A DNA stretch of 64,000 nt from Perna viridis (taxonomy: Eukaryota). Below the pieces are notes generated by a model. The model was not told the DNA's origin. It saw only the letters and a list, made by a program, of their open reading frames with translations, and did no database searches. The stretch's first letter is position 1, and every line of letters starts with the position of its first letter. The stretch is from the NCBI GenBank assembly GCA_037379345.1, contig CM074513.1, positions 13,082,001-13,146,000 of the forward strand, read 5' to 3'. The translations under genes were made by a program, and so were the position numbers. Positions 63,301 through 64,000 of the stretch are shown in pieces.

Positions 63301-64000
63301 TTGCTGCCTTTCAACTTCAGACCGTTCTGGCTAAGTCGCTTAATCTAGCTTAGTCTAACTTCTCGAAATGCTCTTCGATGGTCTTAGAAAAAATAACGAT
63401 ATCGTCGAGAACTATCAAACAGTCTCGTAAATGTGCCTCGCCCATGCACTTCTCCATCAATTTCTGAAACGTGGCACCCGCGTTAGTCAAACCGAACGCT
63501 AAACGGTTGCACTCGTAAAATCCCAACGGACCTAGGTTAAACGCTATCTTATACTTATCCGACTCCTTCAGTGAGCACTGCCAGTAGCCCGACCTTAAAT
63601 CAAGTTTTGTATAAAACTTGGAACCTGCTAAACAATCGATGGTATCGTCGATACGATGAGGACCATACGAATTTTTAATCGATCTCGAATGTAATTTCCT
63701 GAAATCAATACAAAATCTAATCGAGCCGTCCTTTTTGCGCACGAGTACGATATTCGATGAAAATGGACTTTTAGATTCACGAATGCATCCTGCTTCCATC
63801 ATTTCCTTCAAATGTTCCTTCACTTCGTTATACATGGACGGAGGTATACGACGATAAGGCTCTTTAAATGGCGTATCATCCATAATCGGAATATCATGCT
63901 CTACAAGATCGGTGTGTCCTATATCTGTAGGTCCAGTGGAAAATATCGTTCGCTACTTGCTAAGTAACTTAACTAAGCCGTCACGCGTCGGATTTGAAAG
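60378..64000 (-). mobile_element. Decayed Ty3/Gypsy LTR retrotransposon pol (RT-RNaseH-IN), running off the window
   Basis: RT PFSSNIVLVRKKDGSIRFCIDFRKL, LDLRSGYWQ, FGLTNAGATFQ, VLDDIVIFS. RNase H DASGDGLGAIL..AYASR..TDNNP. Integrase H2C2 HDDIGHQG, core DHFTRYAQA, HSDQGRNFES, YNATRHESTGYSP. Tail LRRSERQTRKPERY. Several frameshifts. PPT-like AGAGGAAGGAG at 60388-60378. Confidence 0.93.

Overview
AT-rich, intron-containing animal genomic DNA. The repeat families suggest a bivalve mollusc, which is an inference. Three spliced genes could be assembled by hand with phase-consistent exons. (1) A UBAP2/UBAP2L/lingerer orthologue on + (24 coding exons, 4139-32470, ~1476 aa) with a giant S/Q/G/Y-rich exon. 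(2) A divergent DEG/ENaC/ASIC-family channel subunit on - (9 exons, 44999-34606, ~689 aa) whose TM2 lacks the conserved acidic pore residues. (3) A glucose-6-phosphatase on - (7 coding exons, 55550-47794, ~362 aa) with a GC-AG intron and tandemly repeated splice donors. The rest is dense in mobile DNA. There are nine copies of one Penelope-like (Naiad-type) retroelement sharing a structured 3' RNA module, a TSD-flanked SINE-like element with a non-tRNA, pseudoknot-capable head, and Helentron-type non-autonomous elements. There are also many MITEs and foldbacks, an AT-rich satellite, and a decayed Gypsy pol at the right edge. Family assignments rest on recalled motifs; no database search was run.
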